A stretch of DNA of 23,807 nucleotides from Polyangiaceae bacterium (GCA_044222475.1 JBGANF010000120.1:1-23807); one strand, 5' to 3'; numbered from the stretch's first letter, positions 9,499 to 18,833 are shown. Numbers and translations are program-made. The notes: generated from the letters alone by a model not told the origin.

Positions 9499-10704
9499 AT
9501 GGCCAAGCAACCCGTCCAGAGCGGTACCGCGATTCGAAAGGACTTCGAGCGCGCGCGCAACGTCCACCCCACCGGGATCACCGGCAAAGAGAAGCCGGTC
9601 GACGTGATCACCACGATGTTCCCCGCGTACGTCGGTCGCCAGGAGCGCACCGCGTTCGAGCTGATGCGGCGCGCGGTGCGTGAGGACTGCTGCACGTTCC
9701 TCACGTTCTCCGGTGCGATGACGCCGGCCGGGCTCCATCAGTCGTGCCTCATCCCGCTGATCGAGCGCGGTCTGGTGGACTGCATCACGACGACCGGCGC
9801 GAACCTCTACCACGACGCGCATCGCATCATCGGCCACCGCATCCGCGAGATCGAGCCGAACGCGGGTGACCTCCAGTACCGCCTTGCGCGCGTGATCCGC
9901 ATCTACGACCTCGGCTTCTGGGAAGAGACCCTCCTCGAGACCGACAAGCTCTTCTCCGCGATCCTCCGCCTCCCCGAGTTCCAGCGGAAGATGACCACGG
10001 TCGAGCTGCACTATCTCCTCGGCAAGCACGTCGCGGCGATCGAAGAGGCGCTCGGCGTGAAGAGCCCGTCGCTCCTCTCGACCGCCTACCACTACGGCGT
10101 GCCGATCTTCGTCGGAGCCGTCCAGGACGGCTCGATCTTCCTCAACATCGTGAAGCTCAAGCGCCTCTACGGAAGCGAGTTCAAGCTCGAGATCGACGTC
10201 AACGACGACGTGTTCGAGATGGGCGCGATCCAGCATCACTGCTTCGGCACGCTCAAGAAGCCGATGGCGATCTGGATCCTCGGCGGCGGCGTGCCGAAGA
10301 ACTACACGCTCCAGGGTGAGCCGCTCCTCGATCAGATCCTCGGCGTCCCGACCCACGGCTTCGACATCGACGTGCAGTTCTGCGTCGACCCGGTCGACAA
10401 CGGCGCGCTCTCGTCGTGTCCGGCCGGCGAAGGTCACACTTGGGGCAAGGTCTCGGCCGAGAGCGTCGCGACCGGATCGGTGTACGTGCACTGCGACGTC
10501 ACTGCGGTGTTTCCGTGGCTCACGTACGCACTGCTCTCGGATCCGACCGTCCACCGGAAGCACCGCCGCCTCTACGACGCGCGCACCAAGGCCGTGGCGA
10601 CGCTCCAGCGCGAGGTCGACAAGCGCCGGAAGACGCTCCTCAAGACGGTCGAGTATCCGCTACCGAAGACGGCCGGCAAAACGGCGAAGCGCAAAGCGCG
10701 CTGA
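9499..10704 (+). CDS. Deoxyhypusine synthase family protein (probable homospermidine/polyamine biosynthesis)
   Basis: FSGAMTPAGL, TTGANLYHD, ILGGGVPKNY, GALSSC and HTWGKV (catalytic Lys context). Start taken at the ATG of MAKQPV. Confidence 0.88.
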   Translation: MAKQPVQSGTAIRKDFERARNVHPTGITGKEKPVDVITTMFPAYVGRQERTAFELMRRAVREDCCTFLTFSGAMTPAGLHQSCLIPLIERGLVDCITTTGANLYHDAHRIIGHRIREIEPNAGDLQYRLARVIRIYDLGFWEETLLETDKLFSAILRLPEFQRKMTTVELHYLLGKHVAAIEEALGVKSPSLLSTAYHYGVPIFVGAVQDGSIFLNIVKLKRLYGSEFKLEIDVNDDVFEMGAIQHHCFGTLKKPMAIWILGGGVPKNYTLQGEPLLDQILGVPTHGFDIDVQFCVDPVDNGALSSCPAGEGHTWGKVSAESVATGSVYVHCDVTAVFPWLTYALLSDPTVHRKHRRLYDARTKAVATLQREVDKRRKTLLKTVEYPLPKTAGKTAKRKAR

Positions 10705-10706
10705 GC

Positions 10707-11057
10707 TCACTCGTCGAACGCGTAGGACCCGATGAGCAAGAGGAGCGCGACGGCGCGCTCCGGATCGTCGTGGGCGAACGCGACGCCGCCGCGCTTCACG
10801 GCGCCGTCCTTCCCGACGTCGATCCACGCGACCTTGGCGTCGAGCACCAACGGGTCCCACCGATCGGGGGTGATGAACGAGACCTTCAGGCCGTCGCCGA
10901 CGGCGACGTCGTCCATCATCTCGAGGCACGCGCCGCCGAGCGCCAGATCGACCACCCGCAGGCTCCGCTCCCACCCGGCGGTGGTGTGCGACACCTGCGC
11001 ATGGATGGCTACCGGTCTCCGCCCGTGCAGGCGGAAATGGGCTTCGGCGGAGGTCAT
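10707..11057 (-). CDS. Stand-alone PilZ domain protein
   Basis: RxxxR (RLHGR) and DxAxxG (DLALGG) motifs, followed by AKVAW and GVAF strands. The start at ATG 11057 is inferred. Confidence 0.75.
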   Translation of the reverse strand: MTSAEAHFRLHGRRPVAIHAQVSHTTAGWERSLRVVDLALGGACLEMMDDVAVGDGLKVSFITPDRWDPLVLDAKVAWIDVGKDGAVKRGGVAFAHDDPERAVALLLLIGSYAFDE

Positions 11058-11161
11058 GTACGCGTCGCGAAGGCTATCACGCCTCGATCGGGCCCATCCG
11101 ACGTTGTGGATTGGCGTTTTCCCGACGGGCGGAGTTACCATGGCGGCCTCGGGAGAGATTG

Positions 11162-12757
11162 ATGAGTCAGGACACCCGCAAGGATCCGCGCACGAAGGTC
11201 GTGAGCCTCAACGTGCGCTACAAGAGCGCGACCGTCGATGAGTTCATCGACAACCACTCGCATGACGTGAGCCGCGGGGGTGTGTTCATCAAGACGACGA
11301 CCCCGTTCGCGCCGGGCACGCTCCTCAAGTTCGAGATTCGCCTTGCCGCGGATCAGGCCGTGATCGCAGGCGTCGGGCGCGTCGTGTGGAAGCGCGATCC
11401 CCCGCAGGCCGGCGGTCCCGAGCGTCCCGCGGGCATGGGCGTGAAGTTCATCAAGGTGGACGACTCGTCTCGCGCGACCATCGAGAAGCTCATCCAGAAG
11501 GAAGGCGCCGGAAGCGCGTACGAGTCCGAGGCCGAAGCGGTCGCGGCGACGTCGATCCCCGCGCCCGCGGCGGCAGCGCCCGCACCCGCACCCGCACCCG
11601 CTGCGAAGGCCGCGACTCCCGCGCCGACCACCGTGTCGCGACCGGCGATCGCGGCGACGCCCGCGCCGGCCGCCACCGGCGCGAAGCCGGGCTTCGCGGT
11701 CAAGAAGACGATGATGGGCATCGGAGCGGTGGGCGCGAAGCCTCCCGTCACGTCCCCGCCCGCGGCGGCAGCCGCGAAGCCCGCGCCCAAGCCCGAGGAG
11801 AAGAAGCCCGACGCAGGGTTCTTCCCGCAGACCAACGCCGAGGCCGACATGCCGCCGCCGCAAGAGCGGACGGTCATGAAGCAGGCCGCCGAGCTCCTCG
11901 AAGAGGCGCTCAAAGAGGCCGGCGGTTCGATGGACGAGGTCGGCGCGATCGAGAAGCCGAAGCCCGCCGAAGAGCCGAAGAAAGACGAGCCGAAGGCCGA
12001 GGTCGCGGCTCCGGTGCCGGCGAAGGCCGAAGAGCCCAAGGCCGATGACGCGGCGATCGATGCCCTCATCGCGCCGACCGCGCGGAAGTACAGCGCCGAC
12101 GAGGTCACCTCGCCGGCGATGGACAAACCGAAGGACGAGGGGCCGGCTCCGAGCGCTCCCGTCGACGCGAAGCCCAAGACGCCGATGGTGGCGCCGGCGG
12201 TTTCGGCGAAGAAGGCGGAGCCCCTCCCTCCGCCCCCCGAAGAGAAGAAGGGCGGAAACACGCTTCTGTTCATCATCGCTGCGGTGCTCGTGGCCGGCGG
12301 TGTGATCGCGGCGTGGCAGGTCGGCCTGTTCGGCGGCGGCACGACGACGACCACCACCACGACGGCGACGGCGACCACGGCGACGGCTCCGCCGAGTGCG
12401 ACCGAGACCGCGAGCGCGCCGAGCGCGACCGTCACGGCCAGCGCGCCGAGCGCGACCGTCACGGCCAGCGCGCCGAGCGCGAGCGTCAGCGCGAGCGCCA
12501 CTGCGACCGGAACCGGAGTGCCGACGGCGACCGTGCCGACGGCGACGGCGACGGTCACTGCGACCGTCCGTCCGACCGCGACGGTCACGGCGACGGCCAC
12601 CGCCACGGCGACCGCGACGACGACCGCGACCGCCACCGCGACGACGACCGCGACCGCAACGGCGACCGCGACGACGACCGCGACCGCCACGGCGACCGCG
12701 ACGACGAAGCCGACCGCCACCGCCACCTCGACCGGCGGCAGCGACAACCCGTACTGA
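11162..12757 (+). CDS. TIGR02266-type myxobacterial PilZ-domain membrane protein with Pro/Ala/Lys linker, one TM helix and Thr/Ala-rich tail
   Basis: RKDPR and DVSRGGVFIKT...GRVVW...GMGVKF. TM helix LLFIIAAVLVAGGVIAAW. GGAGAG precedes the ATG at 11162. Confidence 0.85.
   Translation: MSQDTRKDPRTKVVSLNVRYKSATVDEFIDNHSHDVSRGGVFIKTTTPFAPGTLLKFEIRLAADQAVIAGVGRVVWKRDPPQAGGPERPAGMGVKFIKVDDSSRATIEKLIQKEGAGSAYESEAEAVAATSIPAPAAAAPAPAPAPAAKAATPAPTTVSRPAIAATPAPAATGAKPGFAVKKTMMGIGAVGAKPPVTSPPAAAAAKPAPKPEEKKPDAGFFPQTNAEADMPPPQERTVMKQAAELLEEALKEAGGSMDEVGAIEKPKPAEEPKKDEPKAEVAAPVPAKAEEPKADDAAIDALIAPTARKYSADEVTSPAMDKPKDEGPAPSAPVDAKPKTPMVAPAVSAKKAEPLPPPPEEKKGGNTLLFIIAAVLVAGGVIAAWQVGLFGGGTTTTTTTTATATTATAPPSATETASAPSATVTASAPSATVTASAPSASVSASATATGTGVPTATVPTATATVTATVRPTATVTATATATATATTTATATATTTATATATATTTATATATATTKPTATATSTGGSDNPY
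12413..12482 (+). repeat. Coding 27 bp tandem repeat (SAPSATVTA, ~2.6 copies), followed by an ACC/GCG-rich low-complexity tract to ~12725
   Basis: agcgcgccgagcgcgaccgtcacggcc occurs at 12413 and 12440, with a partial copy at 12467. Confidence 0.8.
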
Positions 12758-12926
12758 GGTGTGCGCGGAGGCGTCCCAAGGTGGGACGATCTCCCCGTCG
12801 CCCAGGGTTTACAGGCCTGGCGCCCCTCGTTCACGGGGCGGCAAAAATACGCAAAAACCGCGGGAATCTTCCCTCGGGACGATGGACGCCGGCTTGCAAA
12901 GCTCGGGGGTGGAGGAGCCCACACCC

Positions 12927-13757
12927 ATGCGTCGAGCATTGATTCTCGGATCGGCCGCGACTCTCTGTCTCTCCCTCACCGCCTGCCCGAAGGACAACGG
13001 GGAGCCCGTCACGAACAGCGAGGCTGCCCTCGCCATCGAAGAGTCCACCCTGTCGTCCCAGGCGCAGGAGCTCACGTCCTCTTCGGTCGAGATCGCCACC
13101 AACTTCACCCTCGGCGGCGCCGTCAGCGCGGCCGTCACCGAGATCAAGAACTTCATCGCCACTCAGCTGCCGTGCGCCGACATCGTCCTTGCGAACGCCA
13201 CGCTGACGATCACCTACGGCGCGAAGCCGGGCGTGTGCATCTACCGAGGCCACACCTACAGCGGTCAGCACGTCGTCACGGTGCTGCGCACCGACTCGAA
13301 CGACGTCGAGGTCGACCACCAGTGGAAGGACCTGTCGAACGGCGTCCTCAAGGTCAACGGGACCGCTCAGGTGACGTGGAGCTTCTCGGCCGCGTCGCGC
13401 CGCGTGAAGCACGACGTCGTGTGGACGCGCATCAGCGACGCGCGCACCGGCCACGGCACCGGTGACGAGACGCAGAAGACGTTGACCGGTGGGATCGCCG
13501 AGGGCATCCGCGTCGACGGTACGCGCGCGTGGGACGGACAGAACGGCCACTGGGACCTCGGCATCAACGGCGTCGAGTGGCGGTGGATCGATCCGGTCCC
13601 GCAGGCCGGCAACTACACGCTCGCGATGCCGAACAAGAAGAACCTCACGCTCGCGTTCGCGCGCGTCGACGACACGCGCATCAGGGTCACCCTGACGAGC
13701 GGCGATCGTACCTTCACCTTCGTCGTCGCGAAGACCGGCCAGATCACGGGCAGCTGA
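12927..13757 (+). CDS. Hypothetical beta-rich lipoprotein
   Basis: GGAGGAG RBS, signal peptide with LTAC lipobox, and host-like codon usage. Confidence 0.8.
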   Translation: MRRALILGSAATLCLSLTACPKDNGEPVTNSEAALAIEESTLSSQAQELTSSSVEIATNFTLGGAVSAAVTEIKNFIATQLPCADIVLANATLTITYGAKPGVCIYRGHTYSGQHVVTVLRTDSNDVEVDHQWKDLSNGVLKVNGTAQVTWSFSAASRRVKHDVVWTRISDARTGHGTGDETQKTLTGGIAEGIRVDGTRAWDGQNGHWDLGINGVEWRWIDPVPQAGNYTLAMPNKKNLTLAFARVDDTRIRVTLTSGDRTFTFVVAKTGQITGS

Positions 13758-13771
13758 CACGCTGACCAGTC

Positions 13772-13976
13772 GAATCGAGCCTGCAGGTTCGAGTTGGCGC
13801 TGCGGACGAGCACCGGCAGGGGGACCAACCGGCGAGCCCGGCGCGTGGTTCCCAGAAGTCGACAGAGTCGCGGAAGTGCGTCAGTCGCGCTCTTCCAGGA
13901 GCGGGGCGGCGGCCCCGCCGCATTCGTGACGCTGCCGCTGCTCGAACGGTACGACATGCCAAGACCGGGTCGATTC
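13772..13976. ncRNA. Candidate structured intergenic RNA of unknown family; strand undetermined
   Basis: Nested complementary segments: GAATCGA/TCGATTC (13772/13970), GTTCGAG/CTCGAAC (13787/13941), GGGGACCA/TGGTTCCC, GGAAG/CTTCC and GCGGGGC/GCCCCGC. Confidence 0.35.
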
Positions 13977-14012
13977 ACGTGACTTCTGCCTTAAGCTGCT
14001 AGATCCAGTCGG

Positions 14013-14666
14013 GTGAGCCCGATGGTCTTCCACTTCGACTTCATCTCGCCGTACGCGTACGTCGCGTGGAAGCAGATCCACGCGTTCGCCGAATCGCACC
14101 GGCGCACCGTGCAACCCGTGCCGGTGCTCTTCGCCGCGATCCTCGATGCGCAAGGGCAGAAGGGCCCGGCCGAGATCCCGGCGAAGCGGCTCTACACGTT
14201 CAAGGACGCGTATCGCAAGGCGCGGAGGGCGGGCCTCGAGCTCGTCCCTCCGCCGTCGCACCCGTTCAACCCGCTGCTCGCGCTGCGCGTGGCTTCGCTG
14301 CCGATGCCCGAGGACGCTCGGCGCAAGCTGATCGACGCGCTCTACGACGCGACGTGGGCCACCGGGGAAGGCGTCGAGACGCCGGAGCGCGTCGCGACCG
14401 CCGCGGACCGCGCGGGCTTGCCGGGCGCAGAGCTCGTCGAACGCGCAGCCCAGCAGGAGAACAAGGATCGCCTGAGGGACGCGACGCGAGCGGCGATCGA
14501 GCGCGGCGTCTTCGGCGTACCCACGCTCGACGTCGACGGCGAGCTGTTCTGGGGAACGGACGGCATCGACTTCGCCGGCGCGTTCCTCCGCGGCGAGGAT
14601 CCCGTACCGAAGGATCTCTCCTACTTCGATCGCGCGCCGTCGGCCGTGCGTCCGAGGTCGAAGTGA
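14013..14666 (+). CDS. 2-hydroxychromene-2-carboxylate isomerase / DsbA-like (kappa-GST-like) protein
   Basis: FHFDFISPYAY, HPFNPLLALR and GVFGVPT...GELFWG.D. Confidence 0.88.
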   Translation: MSPMVFHFDFISPYAYVAWKQIHAFAESHRRTVQPVPVLFAAILDAQGQKGPAEIPAKRLYTFKDAYRKARRAGLELVPPPSHPFNPLLALRVASLPMPEDARRKLIDALYDATWATGEGVETPERVATAADRAGLPGAELVERAAQQENKDRLRDATRAAIERGVFGVPTLDVDGELFWGTDGIDFAGAFLRGEDPVPKDLSYFDRAPSAVRPRSK

Positions 14667-15145
14667 GGCGCCTCGCCGCGTTGGCGCTGGTCGCGCTCGT
14701 CACCGCAGCGTGCGCCAAGCAAGCCGAGCCGCCGCCCGGCTGCGAGCCGCCGCCTCCCACGTCGGAGAAGCTGTATCGCCAGGTCGCCATCCCAGGTTGG
14801 GACGCCGAAGAGCTCGCGCGGGACATCGCCGTGATCCACACCGCGATCGACTCGTCGCAAGGAGCAGGTGCGCCGCCGTCGAAGGAGTTCCTCGACGCGA
14901 AGCGAGCGTTCGAGGCCGAGAAATGGATCGAAGCGGCGCAGGGCTTCCGCGAGGTCGCGAAGCGAAACGGCGCCGACGACCGCGCGACCCGTCAGACCGC
15001 GCAGTACTGGTTCGCGCTCGCGCTGTACCAGGCGAAGTTCACCACCGAAGCCGGGGCGATCCTTCGCGACATCCGGTCCAAGGACGGCCATCCGAAGCAA
15101 GCCGACGCCGCGACCGCGCTCACGGCCAAATGGTGCGAGCGCTGA
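14663..15145 (+). CDS. Hypothetical lipoprotein with TPR-like helices
   Basis: GTGA overlap with the upstream stop, TAAC lipobox, and TPR-like pattern AQYWFALALYQAK. Confidence 0.72.
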   Translation: MRRLAALALVALVTAACAKQAEPPPGCEPPPPTSEKLYRQVAIPGWDAEELARDIAVIHTAIDSSQGAGAPPSKEFLDAKRAFEAEKWIEAAQGFREVAKRNGADDRATRQTAQYWFALALYQAKFTTEAGAILRDIRSKDGHPKQADAATALTAKWCER

Positions 15146-15167
15146 GAGCGGTGATACGCTCCGCCTG

Positions 15168-16964
15168 ATGGGTGAGTTCAAACCGCGACCCGTGGTTTCG
15201 CTCATCGGGGGGATCGCTCTCGCCGGGGCGCTGTTCTTCGGCGGCCACCTGCGGGAAGACGCGGTCAACGTGTACGAGCCGGAGCCCCCGCCCGGCGAGC
15301 TCCAGCAGTCGACGCTCCGCTTCGAAGAGGTGAGTGACAAGCTGGGCGTTCATTTCTCGCACGCCTACTTCCCGGGTCCGCCGGTGTACCTCGCGACGAT
15401 GTTCCCGGCGATCAGCATCGTCGACCTCGACGAAGACGGCGACATGGATTTCTACTTCAGCTCCGGCCACGGGAACGGCGCGCCCAACCTCTTCTATCGG
15501 AACGACGGCGCGGCCGGGTTCACCGAGATCGGCGCCGAGCTCGGCATCCGCGATCTCAACCAGAAGCACCCGTCGTCGTTCTCGGTGTTCGCCGACTTCG
15601 ATCGCGACGGGAAGACCGATCTGCTCGTCGCCGCGTGGGGCTGTCACCACCTCTTCGCCGGTCAGGGCCCGGGTCAGCCGTTCAAGGACGTGAGCGAGAA
15701 GATGAACGGCTACTGCTCGAACCCCAACGGGGTCGGCGTGGGCGATCTCGACAAGGACGGCATCCTCGATCTCGTGTTCGGAAACTTCCTGCCCGACGGC
15801 GAGCGCACCGACAACAACTGGCACATGCCGACGAAGGGCGACCGCGAGCACGGCGGCAAGGAGCACATCCTGTTCGGGCTCCCCGACGGGAGCTTCGACG
15901 CCGCGAACAAGATCACATTCCCCGAGGCGACGTTCACTCACGCCATCGGGCTCACCGATCTCGACCGCGACGGCTACCCCGACATCCTGATGTCGACGGA
16001 CTGGTCCAGCGACGACATGTTCCACAACCGCGGCGACCGACACTTCGACGACGTGACCGAGCAGTACATCGAGCGCGCGAAGGCCGGGAACTCGTCGATG
16101 AACTCGGAGATCTACGACTTCGATCAGGACGAGTGGCCCGACATCTACATCACGAACGCCTTCAAGCCCCCATACATCCGCGCGCACAACAACATGTGGA
16201 AGCGCAACCCCGGCGGCGGCTTCGAGGAGGTCGCCATGGACGAGGGCGCGGCTCGCTGCGGCTTCTCGTGGGGCGCGAAGTTCGCCGACTTCGATCTCGA
16301 CGGCGAGAGTGACCTCATGGTCATCAACGGACGCCTCGAAGGTCCGAACGTGAAGAGCATGGAGGGCGCGTACTCGTTCTGGTACCAGCGCTTCCTCCTG
16401 CACGAGGTGCCGGTCGCGCTCCGCCGCGACTACCTGATTCACCACATCCACCAGATGCCGACGAACTTTTACATGTCGAGCTTCGAGCGGAACTGCCTGT
16501 TCCAGCAGAAAAACGGGCACTTCATGGATGTCGCGCCGCAAGCCGGCGTCGCCGATCGACTCAACGGGCGCGGGCTCGCGCTCGTCGACTTCGACAACGA
16601 CGGCAAGATGGACTTCGTCATCGCCAACATCGGCGCGAAGGCGCTCGTCTACCACAACGTCACGCCGAACACCGGCGACTGGATCGGCTTCGACCTCGAC
16701 GGCGGCCCGGGCCGGCGGACGCCGTTCGGCGCGCGCCTCGAGCTCGAGCGCAAAGGCAAGACGCGGATCATCCGCGAGCTCTTCCCGACGAACGGGATGA
16801 AGTCGCAGAGCGATCCGCGGTTCGTCGTCGGCGCGCCGCCCGGCGTCGAGTTCGGTCGCGCCGTCGTCGTGTGGGCGGACGGCGTGCGCGAGGCGTTCGA
16901 GTTCTCCAAGAACCGGTACAACCGGCTCGTCCGCGGGCAAGGAACCCGAGTTGAAGGTTCGTGA
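15168..16964 (+). CDS. CRTAC1/ASPIC-UnbV family protein (FG-GAP/VCBS repeats plus C-terminal ASPIC/UnbV domain)
   Basis: Multiple DxDxDGxxD repeats (DLDEDGDMD, DFDRDGKTD, DLDKDGILD, DFDNDGKMD), C-terminal GMKSQSDPR...VVWADG, and an N-terminal hydrophobic anchor. Confidence 0.85.
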   Translation: MGEFKPRPVVSLIGGIALAGALFFGGHLREDAVNVYEPEPPPGELQQSTLRFEEVSDKLGVHFSHAYFPGPPVYLATMFPAISIVDLDEDGDMDFYFSSGHGNGAPNLFYRNDGAAGFTEIGAELGIRDLNQKHPSSFSVFADFDRDGKTDLLVAAWGCHHLFAGQGPGQPFKDVSEKMNGYCSNPNGVGVGDLDKDGILDLVFGNFLPDGERTDNNWHMPTKGDREHGGKEHILFGLPDGSFDAANKITFPEATFTHAIGLTDLDRDGYPDILMSTDWSSDDMFHNRGDRHFDDVTEQYIERAKAGNSSMNSEIYDFDQDEWPDIYITNAFKPPYIRAHNNMWKRNPGGGFEEVAMDEGAARCGFSWGAKFADFDLDGESDLMVINGRLEGPNVKSMEGAYSFWYQRFLLHEVPVALRRDYLIHHIHQMPTNFYMSSFERNCLFQQKNGHFMDVAPQAGVADRLNGRGLALVDFDNDGKMDFVIANIGAKALVYHNVTPNTGDWIGFDLDGGPGRRTPFGARLELERKGKTRIIRELFPTNGMKSQSDPRFVVGAPPGVEFGRAVVVWADGVREAFEFSKNRYNRLVRGQGTRVEGS

Positions 16965-17811
16965 GCTCCTCGCCAAGGTCGAAGGTCGGTGGTTCCTCTT
17001 CGGTAGCCACCTCACGCTCTTCGCCGTCGCGATGCGCTTCTACCACCTGCCGCGAAGCTGGGTGCAGGTCATCACCGGCTACGTCGTCGCGGTCACGACG
17101 GAGATCGTCCTCCACTACTGGCTGAAGAAGTACCCGAAGGCGACGCCGTTCGATCGGACCCTCTCGGCCGTCTCCGAGGCGGCCGGCCTGCTGCTGCTCG
17201 TTCGGTCGACGCTTTGGTACTACTACGCGGTCGGCTGCTTCATCCTCGTCGTGTCGAAGTACGTGTTCACTCGCCACGACGGCGTGCACGTGTTCAACCC
17301 GACGAACTACGCGATCGTCATCGGGCTCGCGCTCTTTCCGCTGAACTCGTTCGAGCTCAACCCCGACGAGTACTCGAGCCACACGTACGCGATCGGGCAC
17401 GTGATCGCGTTCGGCACGCTCGCGGTCGCGTTCGGGCGCACGTACTTCGTCACCATCGGGTACTTCTGCGGGCTCGTCCTCGGCGCGCGATTCGCGCCGC
17501 TCTTCGGGTGGACGGGCTGGATCGGCGTGCTCTACCCCGAGCTCGGCGCGTTCGGGATGATCTTCGCGTTCCTGATGATCACCGACCCGCGGACGACGCC
17601 GCAGCGCAACTCGTATCGGTTGCTCTTCGGGCTCGCGGTCGCGTTCGGCGTGCTCCTCTTGCGGTCGCTGCAGGTGAGCTTCCCGAATTTCCTGTCGCTG
17701 TTCCTCGTGACGCTCGGGACCTTCGGGCTGAGCTTCATCTTCCCGTCGATCTACAAGAAGGAGGAGCCGCCCAAGCCCAAGCCCGAACCCGACGCGAAAG
17801 CGGCCGCGTGA
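16951..17811 (+). CDS. RnfD/NqrB-like (UnbU-like) polytopic membrane protein
   Basis: SKYVF...HVFNPTNY and FLMITDPRTTP motifs, many hydrophobic segments, and overlap with the upstream gene. Confidence 0.8.
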   Translation: MKVRELLAKVEGRWFLFGSHLTLFAVAMRFYHLPRSWVQVITGYVVAVTTEIVLHYWLKKYPKATPFDRTLSAVSEAAGLLLLVRSTLWYYYAVGCFILVVSKYVFTRHDGVHVFNPTNYAIVIGLALFPLNSFELNPDEYSSHTYAIGHVIAFGTLAVAFGRTYFVTIGYFCGLVLGARFAPLFGWTGWIGVLYPELGAFGMIFAFLMITDPRTTPQRNSYRLLFGLAVAFGVLLLRSLQVSFPNFLSLFLVTLGTFGLSFIFPSIYKKEEPPKPKPEPDAKAAA

Positions 17812-18743
17812 AGCGGTCTCTGCTGCTGCTCCTCGTACCCCTCGTTGCGTGTGGGGCGCGGACGTCGGCCGGGGGTCTTCCCCGCGACACGGTCGACGCG
17901 AGCGTCGATGCGGAAGACGCGGCGGATGGGGTCGCCGAAGCGTCGCCCGACGTCGCTCCGGATGGGCCGAAGCCGCCGTGCGATCTCGCGAAGCCGTTCG
18001 GCAAGCTCGTGCCGATCGTCGAGCTGAACACGCCGGATCAGTGGGAGGGGATGATGCGCCTCTCGCCCGATGGGCTCACGGCGTACTACCAGCGGCACTC
18101 CGAGTCGACGTTGTGGGACGTCTGGACCGCGTCACGCGCGGGACCGTTCTCGCCGTTCGGCAACGCGAAGCCGATCGCCGCGATCGACACGACGGACGGC
18201 GAAGGTGCGCCGTTTCCGAGCGCGAACGGGCTCACGCTGTTCTTCGGGCGCACGTCGCAGGCGACGCAGGACTACGACGTGTGGGTCGCGACTCGGACGA
18301 GCACCGCGGACGACTTCGGTGCGCCATCGTTGGCCGGCTTACCGAGGCGGTCGCTCACGCCGTACCTGGTGCGGGACGACGTGCTGTATTTCGCGACGAA
18401 CCCGACCGTCGACATCGTGCGTGCGACGTGGAAAGGACCTTCGGCCTTTGGGCCGATCGTCAGCCAGCTGACGACTCCGCGGAACGAGTCCTGGCCGGCG
18501 CTCACCGCGGACGAGCTGACGATGTACTACTCGATCGGCGGAAGCGGCGTCGGGAGCGGCATCGACATCGCCGTCGCGACGCGGTCCTCGCGAGACGTGG
18601 CGTTCGCGCCGGGTACTCGGGTGAAGGAGCTCGACACCGACGCGGACGAGCTCGTGACGTTCGTGTCGCCGGATGGCTGCACCCTGTACGTCTCGAGCAC
18701 GGCCGAGGGGACGCTGGATCTGTACGTGACGAGAAAGCCGTGA
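17808..18743 (+). CDS. Lipoprotein with PD40/TolB-like beta-propeller repeats
   Basis: GTGA overlap, LVAC lipobox, and repeats LSPDGLTAYY, PSANGLTLFF, LTADELTMYY, VSPDGCTLYV, most followed by D(V/I)(W/A)(V/T)A(T/S)R. Confidence 0.82.
   Translation: MKRSLLLLLVPLVACGARTSAGGLPRDTVDASVDAEDAADGVAEASPDVAPDGPKPPCDLAKPFGKLVPIVELNTPDQWEGMMRLSPDGLTAYYQRHSESTLWDVWTASRAGPFSPFGNAKPIAAIDTTDGEGAPFPSANGLTLFFGRTSQATQDYDVWVATRTSTADDFGAPSLAGLPRRSLTPYLVRDDVLYFATNPTVDIVRATWKGPSAFGPIVSQLTTPRNESWPALTADELTMYYSIGGSGVGSGIDIAVATRSSRDVAFAPGTRVKELDTDADELVTFVSPDGCTLYVSSTAEGTLDLYVTRKP
18708..18743 (+). repeat. 36 bp direct repeat, copy 1 (3' end of the propeller gene including its stop)
   Basis: gggacgctggatctgtacgtgacgAgaaagccgtga; 35/36 identical to 20943-20978. 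Confidence 0.92.
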
Positions 18744-18833
18744 CCTTGCGGGTCGTGGAATTTGTCTTCGCGCGAATTGCACGCCCTCCTTCCTACTTCG
18801 CGGAGTAGCCAGAAAAACCGGTAGTGTTGATGC

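Noticed and set aside
12340..12730. Highly repetitive ACC/GCG/ACG tract as a possible CRISPR or satellite
   Set aside because: It is in-frame low-complexity coding sequence (Thr/Ala), with no constant repeat separated by unique spacers.
13772..13976. 6S RNA assignment
   Set aside because: Short 6S-like words are present, but the paired arms run GTTCGAG then CTCGAAC, the opposite order to canonical 6S. The interior is multibranched rather than rod-like, so it is left unassigned.
15168..17811. Enediyne biosynthetic cluster or Rnf respiratory complex
   Set aside because: No PKS, thioesterase, DUF1702 or other rnf/nqr subunit genes are in the window.
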